From: an uncultured Chloroflexia bacterium
GTDB taxonomy: Bacteria; Chloroflexota; Dehalococcoidia; GIF9; UBA5629
DNA: 64,000 bases
Direction of reading: 5' to 3'
NCBI GenBank assembly: GCA_963754385.1
Contig: CAVWGE010000005.1
Location: forward strand, 207,565-271,564
Both the position numbers and the translations under genes were made by a program. Under the pieces are notes generated by a model that was not told the DNA's origin, did not search any database, and was given only the letters and a program-made list of their open reading frames with translations. Positions 30,148-41,687 of the stretch are shown piece by piece (the stretch's first letter is position 1; every line of letters begins with the position of its first letter).

Positions 30148-30837
30148 GTGAAACTCCTCTTTATTCATGGTTCTGGTAATAACGGCCTGGTCTGGCATTA
30201 TCAAACCAGACATTTCGCCGATTCTGAAGTTGTCAGCCTGCCCGGCCATCCTGAAGGCAAGCCTTGCAGCAGCATTGAGGACTATGCCGAATGGCTTCAT
30301 CAATATGTTCTGGGTAAAGGTTATTCAGAGCTCGTACTGGCCGGGCATTCTATGGGCGGTGCCGTCGCTCAGATATACGCGCTGAACTATCCGCAGGATG
30401 TTAAAGGCCTTATCCTAATCGGTACCGGAGCCAGACTAAGGGTGAAGCCTGACTTTCTTAGCTCGATGGAAGCTGGCATTGAGGCTCCGGCTACCTGGAT
30501 TAAGAATTTAGTCGAACCCTTCTATAGACGGGTAGACCCTGCCGTACGGGAGGAGGTGATTAGTAAAGTAGCTGAGGTGGGCGCTGCCGTGCAGCTTAAT
30601 GATTTCAGGTGCTGTGACGAGTTCGACATCATGGACAGAGTTCACCAGATTACAGCTCCCACATTGGTCATTTGCGGCGCTGAAGACGATATGACTCCGG
30701 TCAAGTATTCTCAGTATTTAGCCAATAAAATCGCTGGCGCCAGGCTGTTTATCTTTGACGGCGGCTCACACTTTGTTTTCATGGAAAAATCTGAGGAGGT
30801 GAATCGGGCCATTGAGGAGTTTTTGCGCGGGCTTTAG
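30148..30837 (+). CDS. Alpha/beta hydrolase
   Basis: FIHG, LPGH, GHSMGG nucleophile elbow, G.ED, GSH. Confidence 0.9.
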   Translation: MKLLFIHGSGNNGLVWHYQTRHFADSEVVSLPGHPEGKPCSSIEDYAEWLHQYVLGKGYSELVLAGHSMGGAVAQIYALNYPQDVKGLILIGTGARLRVKPDFLSSMEAGIEAPATWIKNLVEPFYRRVDPAVREEVISKVAEVGAAVQLNDFRCCDEFDIMDRVHQITAPTLVICGAEDDMTPVKYSQYLANKIAGARLFIFDGGSHFVFMEKSEEVNRAIEEFLRGL

Positions 30838-30887
30838 AATCTCCTTTAGCTTGTTTGAGATTTCGGAATAGGGCCGGGGCCGATTTT

Positions 30888-31346
30888 ATGAAAATAGGTG
30901 TGCTTTCTGATACACATATTCATCTGGCGGAAGAGATATCTCCGGAGGTCGTCAAGGCTTTTTCAAATGTTGACCTGATAGTCCACGCCGGTGATTTCGT
31001 TGGCTCACAAGTCCTCGAAGGACTTAAGCGGCTGGGTGAGGTTAAAGCGGTACACGGCAACATGGATTCGATGGAACTCAGAGGTTTGCTGCCGGAGAAA
31101 GAACTTTTGGTGGCAGGAGGTAAGAAAATCGGGATTATCCACGGGTGGGGTGGTCCGGAAGGTATAGAGCAGAAGGTGAGAGAGCGATTCGGCGATGTGG
31201 ATATCATCATATACGGGCATAGTCATCGCGCCAATATTGAGCGAATCGGTGACGTTCTCTTTTTTAACCCCGGGCCGGGGTACCGGTCCTTTGGCATACT
31301 GACAATTGGGAAAGATGTGCGAGGGGAGATAATAAAGATCGGTTAA
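30888..31346 (+). CDS. YfcE/MJ0936-family metallophosphoesterase
   Basis: SDTH, HAGD, GNMD, HG, GHSH, NPG. Confidence 0.92.
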   Translation: MKIGVLSDTHIHLAEEISPEVVKAFSNVDLIVHAGDFVGSQVLEGLKRLGEVKAVHGNMDSMELRGLLPEKELLVAGGKKIGIIHGWGGPEGIEQKVRERFGDVDIIIYGHSHRANIERIGDVLFFNPGPGYRSFGILTIGKDVRGEIIKIG

Positions 31347-31356
31347 CAATACATTT

Positions 31357-31397
31357 TGTCATTGCGAGCCCCGATGCAATCGGGGCGTGGCAATCTC
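31357..31397 (+). repeat. Palindromic intergenic repeat, copy B
   Basis: TGTCATTGCGAG-CCCCGATGCAATCGGGG-CGTGGCAATCTC. Confidence 0.8.
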
Positions 31398-31459
31398 ACT
31401 GCACTCCTTCAGGCTGTGAAAGGCTATGTTTCATCACATAGCTAAGGTCGATGTGGCGG

Positions 31460-32134
31460 TTATTCCTCTTCGCCGGGCTCGGCCTTGGCTTCCGCAGCTT
31501 CTCCAGCCTCTTCAGCTCCTTCTGCCACCTCAATCTCTTCCGCAACCGGGGCTTCTACCGGTATTTCCTCTTTGCGAGCCTCGATTACTTTGACTGCCAT
31601 CTGTTCCGGGTCGCTGAGTAGGGTTATTTTATCGCCGAAATGGATGTCTTTGACGTGGATGGCGCTGTCCAGCTCTTCAAGACTGGACACATCAATCTCG
31701 AGGCTATGAGGCAGGTCATCAGGCAAAGCTTCGATATGCAGAGAATCAATCAGGTGAAGTACGGAGCTGTTCTTGACTTTCTTCAGCACCGGCGCCTCTC
31801 CAACGAATACTATAGGAACATCAGCTTTTATTTTTTCATCCATCCTGACCTGGTAGAAGTCCACATGAAGCAGGTCATCGTTTAAAGGATTCCTCTGAAC
31901 CTCTCGGACTACAACCCTTAGCGGGTTTTTGGCATCGTCAATCTTCAGAGAGATAAGGTCGGTCATTCCGGCATGAGCCAGCAAATGTTTCAGGTTTTTG
32001 GCGTCGACATTGATGGCAGTGGAGTCGATTCCGTGTCCATAAATGTTGGCCGGAACGATACCTTGACGGCGTAGAAATCTCACTTTCTTGCCGGTTATAT
32101 CTCTTTTGGAAACTTCGAGTTCAAGACGTTTCAT
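31460..32134 (-). CDS. rplY: 50S ribosomal protein L25/Ctc
   Basis: LRRQGIVPANIYG, REVQRNP...LHVDFY; long form with acidic tail. Confidence 0.94.
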   Translation of the reverse strand: MKRLELEVSKRDITGKKVRFLRRQGIVPANIYGHGIDSTAINVDAKNLKHLLAHAGMTDLISLKIDDAKNPLRVVVREVQRNPLNDDLLHVDFYQVRMDEKIKADVPIVFVGEAPVLKKVKNSSVLHLIDSLHIEALPDDLPHSLEIDVSSLEELDSAIHVKDIHFGDKITLLSDPEQMAVKVIEARKEEIPVEAPVAEEIEVAEGAEEAGEAAEAKAEPGEEE

Positions 32135-32221
32135 CTTGTTAATCCCTCTGCTTAATTCGAACGATACAGCATAGTCGTTTTTGGGTGAGAAGTCAAATTT
32201 CTGGGTAGTCGAGTACGTACT

Positions 32222-34144
<1,923 letters not shown>

Positions 34145-34182
34145 AGCTATTCTCAGTTATCCTCCTTATGTTTTATATAACA

Positions 34183-36018
34183 TTATATCAATTTGGCGGT
34201 TGTCTTGAATTTTTGCTGGCAATCTGGATGCCTTTGTTGGAGACCGCAGGCATTGCAAGGACCATAGCGGCAGTCCGGGGTCGCTTTTTCCTGCCACATA
34301 TCCTGATATTCTTTCTTGAGAAAGTCTGGCGTTACTCCGGTATCAACATGCTGCCAGGGTAATATCTCGTCCAGGGGTCGTTCTCTGTTGGCGTAGAAGG
34401 CAGGGTCGAGTCCGCTTTCGTGGAAGGCATGCAGCCAGTTGTCGTAGCTAAAACATTCATGCCAGGCATCAAATCTGCTGCCCAGCTCCCAGGCCTTGTG
34501 GATAACCTTTCCCAGCCTGCGGTCACCGCGGGACACGACTGCTTCAAGTTGACTGGTTTTGGTGTCCTGCCATGAAAGGTGGGTTCCAGTTCGACGTAAG
34601 CCTTGTTTGAGCAGTTCATGTTTTGTGGTTAGCTGTTCTGCTGTATCCTGCGCTAGCCATTGACAAGGTGTGTGGGGCTTGGGAACAAAGGTGGCTACAC
34701 TGACTCTAAGCCTCGGTGAGTTGCTTCTGGTCTTCCTGCCTAGCTGGCAGGTTTTGGTTACCAGGTCGATTATGCCCTTTACGTCATCAATGGTCTCGGT
34801 GGGCAGGCCAACCATGAAATATAGTTTAAGGTTCAGCCAGCCTTTTTCAAAGGCGGCGGCGAAAGTGTCAAGCATCGCCTCTTCGGAGATACTTTTGTTT
34901 ATGACTCGTCGTAGCCTTTCGGTCCCAGCTTCAGGGGCAAAGGTGAGTGTGGTCTTGCGTCGGTAAGGTAGCGACTCTATCAACTCTATCGATGACGCGT
35001 CTATGCGGAGGCTGGGCAAGGACAGGGTAAGGTTATCCCGGTAATATTTGCGGGACAGCTGACTGATTAGCTCACTTATGTTATGGTAATCTCCGGTGCT
35101 TAGAGAAACCAGGGAAACTTCGTTATAGCCGCAGTTACTTACGAGCGCTGCCACGGCCTCGGTTACCTCTGATTCTGAGAGTTCGCGGACCGGACGGTAA
35201 ATCATGCCGGCCTGGCAGAAGCGGCAGCCCCGGCTGCACCCCCGCTGGATTTCGACTGCGCCGCGGTCGTGGACTACTTTTGTGTAAGGTACTACTGGCT
35301 TGGTAACGGGCCGCGGTAGGCTGGCTAATATCTGTCGCTGGATCGGCAGTCTGGCTTCGGGCACTTTTGGCGTGATGCTTGCGAAGCTGCCATCTTTGTG
35401 ATAGGTCACCTCATATAAACTAGGCACATATACACCAGGAAGAGAAGAGGCTTCTCGGAACAGTCGCTTCTTATTGTCCTTGTAAGCCCGGAAGACTTTC
35501 AGTAATTTCAATATTGCCTCTTCAGCCTCGCCGATGACAAATAGGTCTATAAAATCGGCCATTGGCTCCGGGTTAAGAGCGCAACTGCCTCCAGCTATTA
35601 TCAGAGGGTGCGAATCATTCCGCTGATGACTGAACAGTGGAACTTTGGCCAGGTCGAGCATGTTTAGCACATTGGTGTAGGTGAGTTCGTAGCCTAAGGA
35701 GAAACCGATGATGTCAAAATCTGCCAGAGGGTGTTTGGTCTCTAGGCTGAACAATGGGAGGTTATGCTGTCGCAGCAGCGCCTCCATATCCATCCAGGGA
35801 GCATAGACTCTCTCAGCGAGGACATCGGGCTGGTCATTCAGTATCTTATAAAGTATCGGCAGTGCCAGATTGGACATACCCACTTCGTATACGTCGGGGA
35901 AAGCCAGGGCAACTCGGATTGGAGTCGCCTGCCAATCTTTAATGATGCTATTCCATTCGCCCCCGGTGTAGCGAGCCGGCTTGGAGACCTGATAAAGGAT
36001 GTTATCGAGAGCGTTCAT
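34183..36018 (-). CDS. B12-binding radical SAM protein (TIGR03960-like)
   Basis: KPARYTGGE.N, FPD.YEVGMSNL, RGCSRGCRFCQAG, APEAG. Confidence 0.9.
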   Translation of the reverse strand: MNALDNILYQVSKPARYTGGEWNSIIKDWQATPIRVALAFPDVYEVGMSNLALPILYKILNDQPDVLAERVYAPWMDMEALLRQHNLPLFSLETKHPLADFDIIGFSLGYELTYTNVLNMLDLAKVPLFSHQRNDSHPLIIAGGSCALNPEPMADFIDLFVIGEAEEAILKLLKVFRAYKDNKKRLFREASSLPGVYVPSLYEVTYHKDGSFASITPKVPEARLPIQRQILASLPRPVTKPVVPYTKVVHDRGAVEIQRGCSRGCRFCQAGMIYRPVRELSESEVTEAVAALVSNCGYNEVSLVSLSTGDYHNISELISQLSRKYYRDNLTLSLPSLRIDASSIELIESLPYRRKTTLTFAPEAGTERLRRVINKSISEEAMLDTFAAAFEKGWLNLKLYFMVGLPTETIDDVKGIIDLVTKTCQLGRKTRSNSPRLRVSVATFVPKPHTPCQWLAQDTAEQLTTKHELLKQGLRRTGTHLSWQDTKTSQLEAVVSRGDRRLGKVIHKAWELGSRFDAWHECFSYDNWLHAFHESGLDPAFYANRERPLDEILPWQHVDTGVTPDFLKKEYQDMWQEKATPDCRYGPCNACGLQQRHPDCQQKFKTTAKLI

Positions 36019-36148
36019 TTTCATTAACCTGATTAGTCAATTATAGCTTCAGCCCCTGTAGCTTTCAATTTCCTCTGTGGTTCTCTGCTCAGTGCAACAT
36101 CTCCTCTTCTTCACTCTCATCGCTTCGTTTAATTAGGTACAAATGCTG

Positions 36149-36177
36149 TTGACGCTCATATTATGAAATGATACAAT
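36149..36177 (+). promoter_or_regulatory. Promoter of acsE-acsD with a palindrome in the spacer
   Basis: TTGACG-17 nt-TACAAT, extended TG; TCATA-T-TATGA at 36156-36166. Confidence 0.6.
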
Positions 36178-36218
36178 TATTTGCTGGTTTTGGCCTAATC
36201 TCACAAAAGGGGGCAGAC

Positions 36219-37097
36219 ATGATTTTAATAGGCGAAAGCATCCATATTATTTCCAAGGACGTCAATGACGCTGTCAAGGAACGCAATCCCAAGGTAATAC
36301 AAGACTTAGCCAAAGCACAGGCTGAAGCCGGGGCTGATTACATAGACTTAAATCTCGGCCCGGCGAAAAGAGACCCGGAAGAGGTAACCCAGTGGCTGGT
36401 CAATACAATTCAAGGAGTCACCGATTTACCTATATCCGTGGACACCTTGAATCCCATAGCTATGGAGGCTGGCCTTAAAACCTGTAAGAAAAGACCTCTG
36501 CTTAATTCGGCTTCAGGAAGGACCGACAGCAAAGAGCTGATGCTGCCTCTGGCCAAGAAATACAATACCAATGTGGTCATCTCGGTGCTGACCGACAAAG
36601 GTTGTCCCCCTGACATCGATTCCAGGACAGAAAGCATCATGGAAACGGTTGCCCTGGCTAACGAGCTTGGTATACCAAACGAAGATATCTGGGTTGACCC
36701 CATCATCTTGCCGGTGAGTGCTGACCAGAAACAGGTGGCTGAAGCTTTAGAGTTTATAAATATATTGCAGGATCTCTTACCCGGTGTTAAATCTACGGTG
36801 GGGTTGTCAAACGTGTCCAATGGTACACCTGAGGAACTCAGGGGTATTCTCAACCGGACCTATATGGTTATGCTGGGGAGGCGTGGGCTCTACTCAGCTA
36901 TTGCTGATGTCCTGGATAAGGAGCTGGTGAGCTTGAACAAAGGCGAATTGTCTAACATCGTTGGTCTTATTTACAAGACGATGGATGGAGAGGCTATAAA
37001 CATGTCTTCTTTGCCGCAAAAAGAGCAGGATTACGTGAAAACCACCAGAGTGCTCATGGGAGAGACGCTTTATTCTCATGCCTGGCTTGAGAGCTAG
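36219..37097 (+). CDS. acsE: Methyltetrahydrofolate:corrinoid methyltransferase (AcsE; pterin-binding TIM barrel)
   Basis: LIGESI, AGADYIDLN, SVDT, DPI, GLSNVSNG; first gene of the ACS cluster. Confidence 0.85.
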   Translation: MILIGESIHIISKDVNDAVKERNPKVIQDLAKAQAEAGADYIDLNLGPAKRDPEEVTQWLVNTIQGVTDLPISVDTLNPIAMEAGLKTCKKRPLLNSASGRTDSKELMLPLAKKYNTNVVISVLTDKGCPPDIDSRTESIMETVALANELGIPNEDIWVDPIILPVSADQKQVAEALEFINILQDLLPGVKSTVGLSNVSNGTPEELRGILNRTYMVMLGRRGLYSAIADVLDKELVSLNKGELSNIVGLIYKTMDGEAINMSSLPQKEQDYVKTTRVLMGETLYSHAWLES

Positions 37098-37119
37098 AAA
37101 TCTTTAGAAGGAGTGAACG

Positions 37120-38025
37120 ATGGAATACAAAGCAGCCTTGGAGACCTATTCAGGAAAAGTAGCCGAGGTGGTGATTGGAAAGGGAGAAAAAGCTATGAAG
37201 ATTGGGGGGGAGAATGTTCTCCCCTTTCATTTTTTTGAGGGAACAATTCAGAACCGACCACGCCTGGCTCTCGAAGTTCTTGATGCCGAGCCGCAGGGTT
37301 GGAGTGAGTGGGAGCTTAAGCCCTATAAGGACATTGCTTCAGACCCGGTAGCCTGGGCTAAGAAGTGCCTGGAACTTGGTGCTGACCTGGTCTGTCTCCG
37401 TCTGGTGAGCACTGACCCGGCGGGAAAGAATGCTCCGGCTGATAAGGCTGCCAGTGTGGTTAAGCAGGTGGCATCGGCCATAAAGTCGCCGCTCATTGTC
37501 TACGGCTCGGGAGATGGGACGAAGGATATCGAGGTTTTGACCAAGGTAGCTGAAGCCTGCGCGGGCGAAAATCTCCTCCTGGGCCCGTTGGCCAAGGAAA
37601 ACTATGAGCCGATAAGCAAAGCAGCTCTAGACCACGGCCATTGCATAATAGCTCAGAGTCCGCTGGATATAAATCTGGAGAAGGAATTAAATGTGAAGCT
37701 TTTGAAGTCCTTCCCACGTGAGCGGATAGTCATCGACCCGTTGAGCTCAGCTCTGGGCTATGGCATGGAGTATAGCTTCACCATAACAGAGAGAACGAAG
37801 CACATTGGCGTTATGTTCGGAGACAACACCATGCAGATGCCTATTATAGCTGACCTGGGCAGCGAGTGTGCCAGGACCAAACAGGCAAAGGGAAACGAGA
37901 AGCAGGGACTACTGTGGGAAAGCATTACCGCGCTCAGCCTGCTTCTAGCCGGGGCTAATATACTGGTATTGCGGCTGCCTGAAAGCCTTAAGCTTATGAA
38001 AGAGGTTATTGAGGGCAAAATTTAG
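37120..38025 (+). CDS. acsD: Corrinoid Fe-S protein small (delta) subunit
   Basis: LPFHFFEG, DPVAWAKKC, DINL.KELN, ALGYGMEYS. Confidence 0.92.
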   Translation: MEYKAALETYSGKVAEVVIGKGEKAMKIGGENVLPFHFFEGTIQNRPRLALEVLDAEPQGWSEWELKPYKDIASDPVAWAKKCLELGADLVCLRLVSTDPAGKNAPADKAASVVKQVASAIKSPLIVYGSGDGTKDIEVLTKVAEACAGENLLLGPLAKENYEPISKAALDHGHCIIAQSPLDINLEKELNVKLLKSFPRERIVIDPLSSALGYGMEYSFTITERTKHIGVMFGDNTMQMPIIADLGSECARTKQAKGNEKQGLLWESITALSLLLAGANILVLRLPESLKLMKEVIEGKI

Positions 38026-38027
38026 TA

Positions 38028-38057
38028 TTGATAACCATTCCTAATTATAGTATAATT
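38028..38057 (+). promoter_or_regulatory. Internal promoter upstream of cdhA with a palindrome over the -10
   Basis: TTGATA-17 nt-TATAAT; AATTATA-G-TATAATT at 38043-38057. Confidence 0.65.
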
Positions 38058-38091
38058 GTTGTGCTAATAGATTTAATGGGGGTTAAAACAG

Positions 38092-40398
38092 ATGGCAGTA
38101 GTTACCAAGAAAAAGCATACAAGAAAAGACGAAGTTAACGAGATAATAAGGGCTGAAGATAACTGGGAACCTGTAGGGCATACGCCGATGCCTGAACTCC
38201 CGGACTTAAGAAACTGGGATATGAGGCTGCTTAAGACCTATAAACCTTTTTATGCCCCTATGTGTGATTTGTGTTGCTTCTGTACTTATGGAAAGTGTGA
38301 CCTAACCGGTGATAAGAGAGGCGCTTGCGGAATTGATATTTCCACTCAGCAGGCTAGAGTCGTGCTCCTAGCCTGCTGCATGGGCATGTCAGCCCATGGT
38401 GGACATGCTCGCCATGTGCTTCACTATTTAATTGAGAAACACGGTAGAGATTATAAGATTAACCTTGGCGACCAGATATTTGTTGAGGCGCCGCATATAA
38501 GGACGGTTCTTGGGCTAAAGCCGGAAACCTTGGGTGACCTGGAAAAGGCTATTGAATATGTGGAAAGCCAGCTTATTCATGCTATCTCGGCGCTGCATAC
38601 AGGTCAGGAAGGGTCAGCTCTAGACTATGAATCGAAGGCTCTGCATATTTCGATGTTAGACCACGTGGCTATGGAGGTTGGCGATATTGCCGAGATAGTC
38701 GGCTTTGGCTATCCGACTTCGGTGGCCGATACTCCATTGGTTGACCTGGGTTGGGGGGCGGTAGACAGGACGAAGCCAGTGATTTGCTTGGTTGGTCATA
38801 ATCCGGTTACAGCTATTCCTATCGTTGATTACCTGAATGCCAATGGTCTTCAAGATAAGGTTGAAGTTGCCGGCATTTGTTGTACCGCTCTGGAGGTGAC
38901 CAGATACAGCAGTAGGGCCAAGGTGGTTGGGCCCTTGTCACGCCAGCTTTTCTTCATTAGAACTGGCATCGCCGATGTTATCGTCACCGATGAGCAGTGC
39001 ATCAGGACTGATATGCCCATAGAGGCGGCCAAAGTTGGCTCAGCTGTGATTGCCACCTCGGACAAAGCTTGCTATGGGCTTGAGGATGTGACCAAGAAGG
39101 AAGCAGACGAAATAGTCAGGGAAATGGTAAACGGAAAGCAAACATTGATATTCGACCCGGATAAGGCAGCCGAGGTAGCGGTCAGAGTAGCTATGGAACT
39201 GGCGCCGAAGAGAAACAAAGTGCTGGTCAAGCCCGAAGAGGTACCGGACTTGGCTAAAGACCATAAGCTGTGCAACATGTGCAGTCAGGTTTGCCCCAAT
39301 TTGCTTCCGGTTGGCGATGCCATCGAAGCAGCCAAGAATGGCAATATACAGCCACTGGTGGAAGTGTTTAATAAATGCATTGGCTGCGGCAAATGTGACC
39401 AAGAGTGCCCTCGCCATGTGCCCATAATCAAGATGATGCAGGCGGCTGCTAGCTGGGAAACGTGGAAAGTGAGGGTGGGGCGGGGGCCGATTATGGATAC
39501 TGAGATCAGAAAAGTAGGCGCACCTATCGTGCTGGGAACCATCCCCGGTATAATCGCCATTGTTGGCTGCTCTAACTTTCCCGAAGAAATCACTGAAATA
39601 GCTGATATCGCTGAGGAATTCGCCAAAAGGAAATATATCGTGGTTCTCAGCGGTTGCTCGGCTATGGCAGCGGGGATGAAGAAGGACAAAGACGGCAAAA
39701 CTATTTATGAGAAATATCCGCCTAATTTCGATGCCGGTGGTGTTCTCAATGTTGGCTCCTGTGTGGCGAATTCCCATATCACAGGAGCTGCCATGAAAGT
39801 GGCTAATATCTTTGCCACCTTGCCATTGAGGGGAAATTACGAGGTCATAGCCGACTATATCTTGAACCGCGTTGGTGCCTGCGGCCTAGCCTGGGGAGCT
39901 TATTCTCAAAAGGCAGCATCCATCGCCACGGGATGCAACAGGTTAGGAATTCCGGTGGTTTTAGGGCCACATGGCTCTAAGTATAGAAGGCTCTATCTGA
40001 GCCGGAAGGAAGAGGATGACTGGACGGTAATGGACGGAAGAGAAAAGAAGCTGGTGAATACCGAGGAGCCGTCGCCGGAACACCTGATTACCGTGGTGGA
40101 GTCCAAGGAGAGGGCGATGGTCACCATGGCTAAGCTGTGTATCAGGAAAAACGATACTCCCCAGGGACGGCAGCTAAAGCTCACCCATTATATCAGTCTG
40201 CACAAACAATACCTGGGAACTTTGCCAGATGACCTTCACCTATTCGTTAGAAAGACTTCGGATATACCCATCTTCTTTAAGAAAGAAGTGATGGCCTATC
40301 TGGAGAAAGTGGGCTGGAAGGAGAAGCCGGTTTTGACTCTGCCTACCTTGATCGGAACTTATCCGTCCGAGGTTCCGCTGGAGGCTGTTGTCCACTAG
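38092..40398 (+). CDS. cdhA: Archaeal-type CO dehydrogenase alpha subunit
   Basis: LRNWDMRLL..Y.P.Y.P.CD.CC.CTYGKCDL; C-cluster ligands GHN, ICCT, DEQC, VGC, SGC, GSC; inserted ferredoxin domain. Confidence 0.96.
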   Translation: MAVVTKKKHTRKDEVNEIIRAEDNWEPVGHTPMPELPDLRNWDMRLLKTYKPFYAPMCDLCCFCTYGKCDLTGDKRGACGIDISTQQARVVLLACCMGMSAHGGHARHVLHYLIEKHGRDYKINLGDQIFVEAPHIRTVLGLKPETLGDLEKAIEYVESQLIHAISALHTGQEGSALDYESKALHISMLDHVAMEVGDIAEIVGFGYPTSVADTPLVDLGWGAVDRTKPVICLVGHNPVTAIPIVDYLNANGLQDKVEVAGICCTALEVTRYSSRAKVVGPLSRQLFFIRTGIADVIVTDEQCIRTDMPIEAAKVGSAVIATSDKACYGLEDVTKKEADEIVREMVNGKQTLIFDPDKAAEVAVRVAMELAPKRNKVLVKPEEVPDLAKDHKLCNMCSQVCPNLLPVGDAIEAAKNGNIQPLVEVFNKCIGCGKCDQECPRHVPIIKMMQAAASWETWKVRVGRGPIMDTEIRKVGAPIVLGTIPGIIAIVGCSNFPEEITEIADIAEEFAKRKYIVVLSGCSAMAAGMKKDKDGKTIYEKYPPNFDAGGVLNVGSCVANSHITGAAMKVANIFATLPLRGNYEVIADYILNRVGACGLAWGAYSQKAASIATGCNRLGIPVVLGPHGSKYRRLYLSRKEEDDWTVMDGREKKLVNTEEPSPEHLITVVESKERAMVTMAKLCIRKNDTPQGRQLKLTHYISLHKQYLGTLPDDLHLFVRKTSDIPIFFKKEVMAYLEKVGWKEKPVLTLPTLIGTYPSEVPLEAVVH

Positions 40399-40419
40399 GG
40401 AGATTCAGAAAGGAACTGA

Positions 40420-41118
40420 ATGCGTATTCTGGTAGCTGTACAAGGCCATTATGGCCAGAGAATTGGTGATAACATAAGGAAGTATGGGCCGGCTGACTGG
40501 AAGGTTTATTCTTACACCTTACCACAGGACTTGCCAGCCGTAATTGATGATGCTGACCAGTTTCTGCCTAAGGAGTTGCCAGCGGCCGATTTGCTGATAT
40601 CTCTCGGTGAGCATCCTGGAGTGGCCCAGATGATTCCCGACATGGTGAAGAAGAGCGGCGCCAAAGCAGTGATCGCCCCGGCGGATAACCGCGTCTGGCT
40701 GCCACCCGGCTTGGCCAAGCAGATTAAGCGGAAGCTGGAATCTATGGGAGTGGACATGGTCTATCCAGTTCCATTCTGCACCTTGACGGAGAAGGATAGT
40801 CAAAACCAGTATATCCGTGAATTTGCTAAGTATTTTGGCAGACTGGAAGTAGACATAGAGCTTGATAAAGATAGAATAAAGCGGGTTGCGGTTATCAGGG
40901 GGGCTCCGTGTGGCTGCAGTCCGTACGTGGCTGATGGCCTGGCTGGAGTCTGGGAAAGAGACGCTGTGGAAAAAGCCGGACTTCTGCATCACCAGTACCC
41001 GTGTCTGTCAACTATGGTGATGGACCAGGAATTTGAAGATACCTTGATGCACCGTGCCGGGCTTATGACCAAGCTGGCAGTGGACAAAGCTATTAAGGGT
41101 GTAAAGGTAGCCAAGTAA
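40420..41118 (+). CDS. DUF166-family protein
   Basis: QGHYGQRI, PFCTL, RGAPCG, HHQYPCL..M...D.LMH. Confidence 0.75.
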   Translation: MRILVAVQGHYGQRIGDNIRKYGPADWKVYSYTLPQDLPAVIDDADQFLPKELPAADLLISLGEHPGVAQMIPDMVKKSGAKAVIAPADNRVWLPPGLAKQIKRKLESMGVDMVYPVPFCTLTEKDSQNQYIREFAKYFGRLEVDIELDKDRIKRVAVIRGAPCGCSPYVADGLAGVWERDAVEKAGLLHHQYPCLSTMVMDQEFEDTLMHRAGLMTKLAVDKAIKGVKVAK

Positions 41119-41130
41119 GGGGGTTTCATT

Positions 41131-41685
41131 ATGACAACGACTTTACCCTATCATCGAGTTAACGTGTTGACAGGGACCAAAACAGCTAGGCTTATTGAAG
41201 ATCCTAGCGAGTATGCGCACCTGATCAAGCGGGCTAATAGGCCTCTTCTAGTGCTTGGCTCGTGGGCTCTTACCACGACCTTGGGTGGTAAGCTCCTTAT
41301 TGAGTATGGCGTGGACATAGCTAAGACACTTGATATTCCCATATGCGCCACAGCTCACACCAAGAAGAAGCTGCTAGAGCTGGGCGTTGAGCCAGCCAGC
41401 AGCTACGACATTATAGAGATAATCAACCATCTCAAAGACCCGGCATGGAATGGGGTTAAAAAGGAAGGGAATCACGATTTGGTTATGTTTTTGGGATTCA
41501 GGACTGACCTCGGTGAGCAGGGACTTTCCACCCTGAAACATTACGCCCCACACCTCAAAACGATGACCTTGTGCAAATTCTATTATCCACATGCCAGCTA
41601 TTCCCTTCCTAATTTCAGAAAAGACGAACAATGGAAGGAATTTCTAGATAATCTAATTACAAATTTAAAGAGTAAGGAGGCATAA
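41131..41685 (+). CDS. cdhB: CODH/ACS epsilon subunit
   Basis: IKRANRPLLVLG, L.DP.W.G...EGNHDLV.F.G, LSTLKHYA, YPHA..S.PN. Confidence 0.92.
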   Translation: MTTTLPYHRVNVLTGTKTARLIEDPSEYAHLIKRANRPLLVLGSWALTTTLGGKLLIEYGVDIAKTLDIPICATAHTKKKLLELGVEPASSYDIIEIINHLKDPAWNGVKKEGNHDLVMFLGFRTDLGEQGLSTLKHYAPHLKTMTLCKFYYPHASYSLPNFRKDEQWKEFLDNLITNLKSKEA

Positions 41686-41687
41686 AA

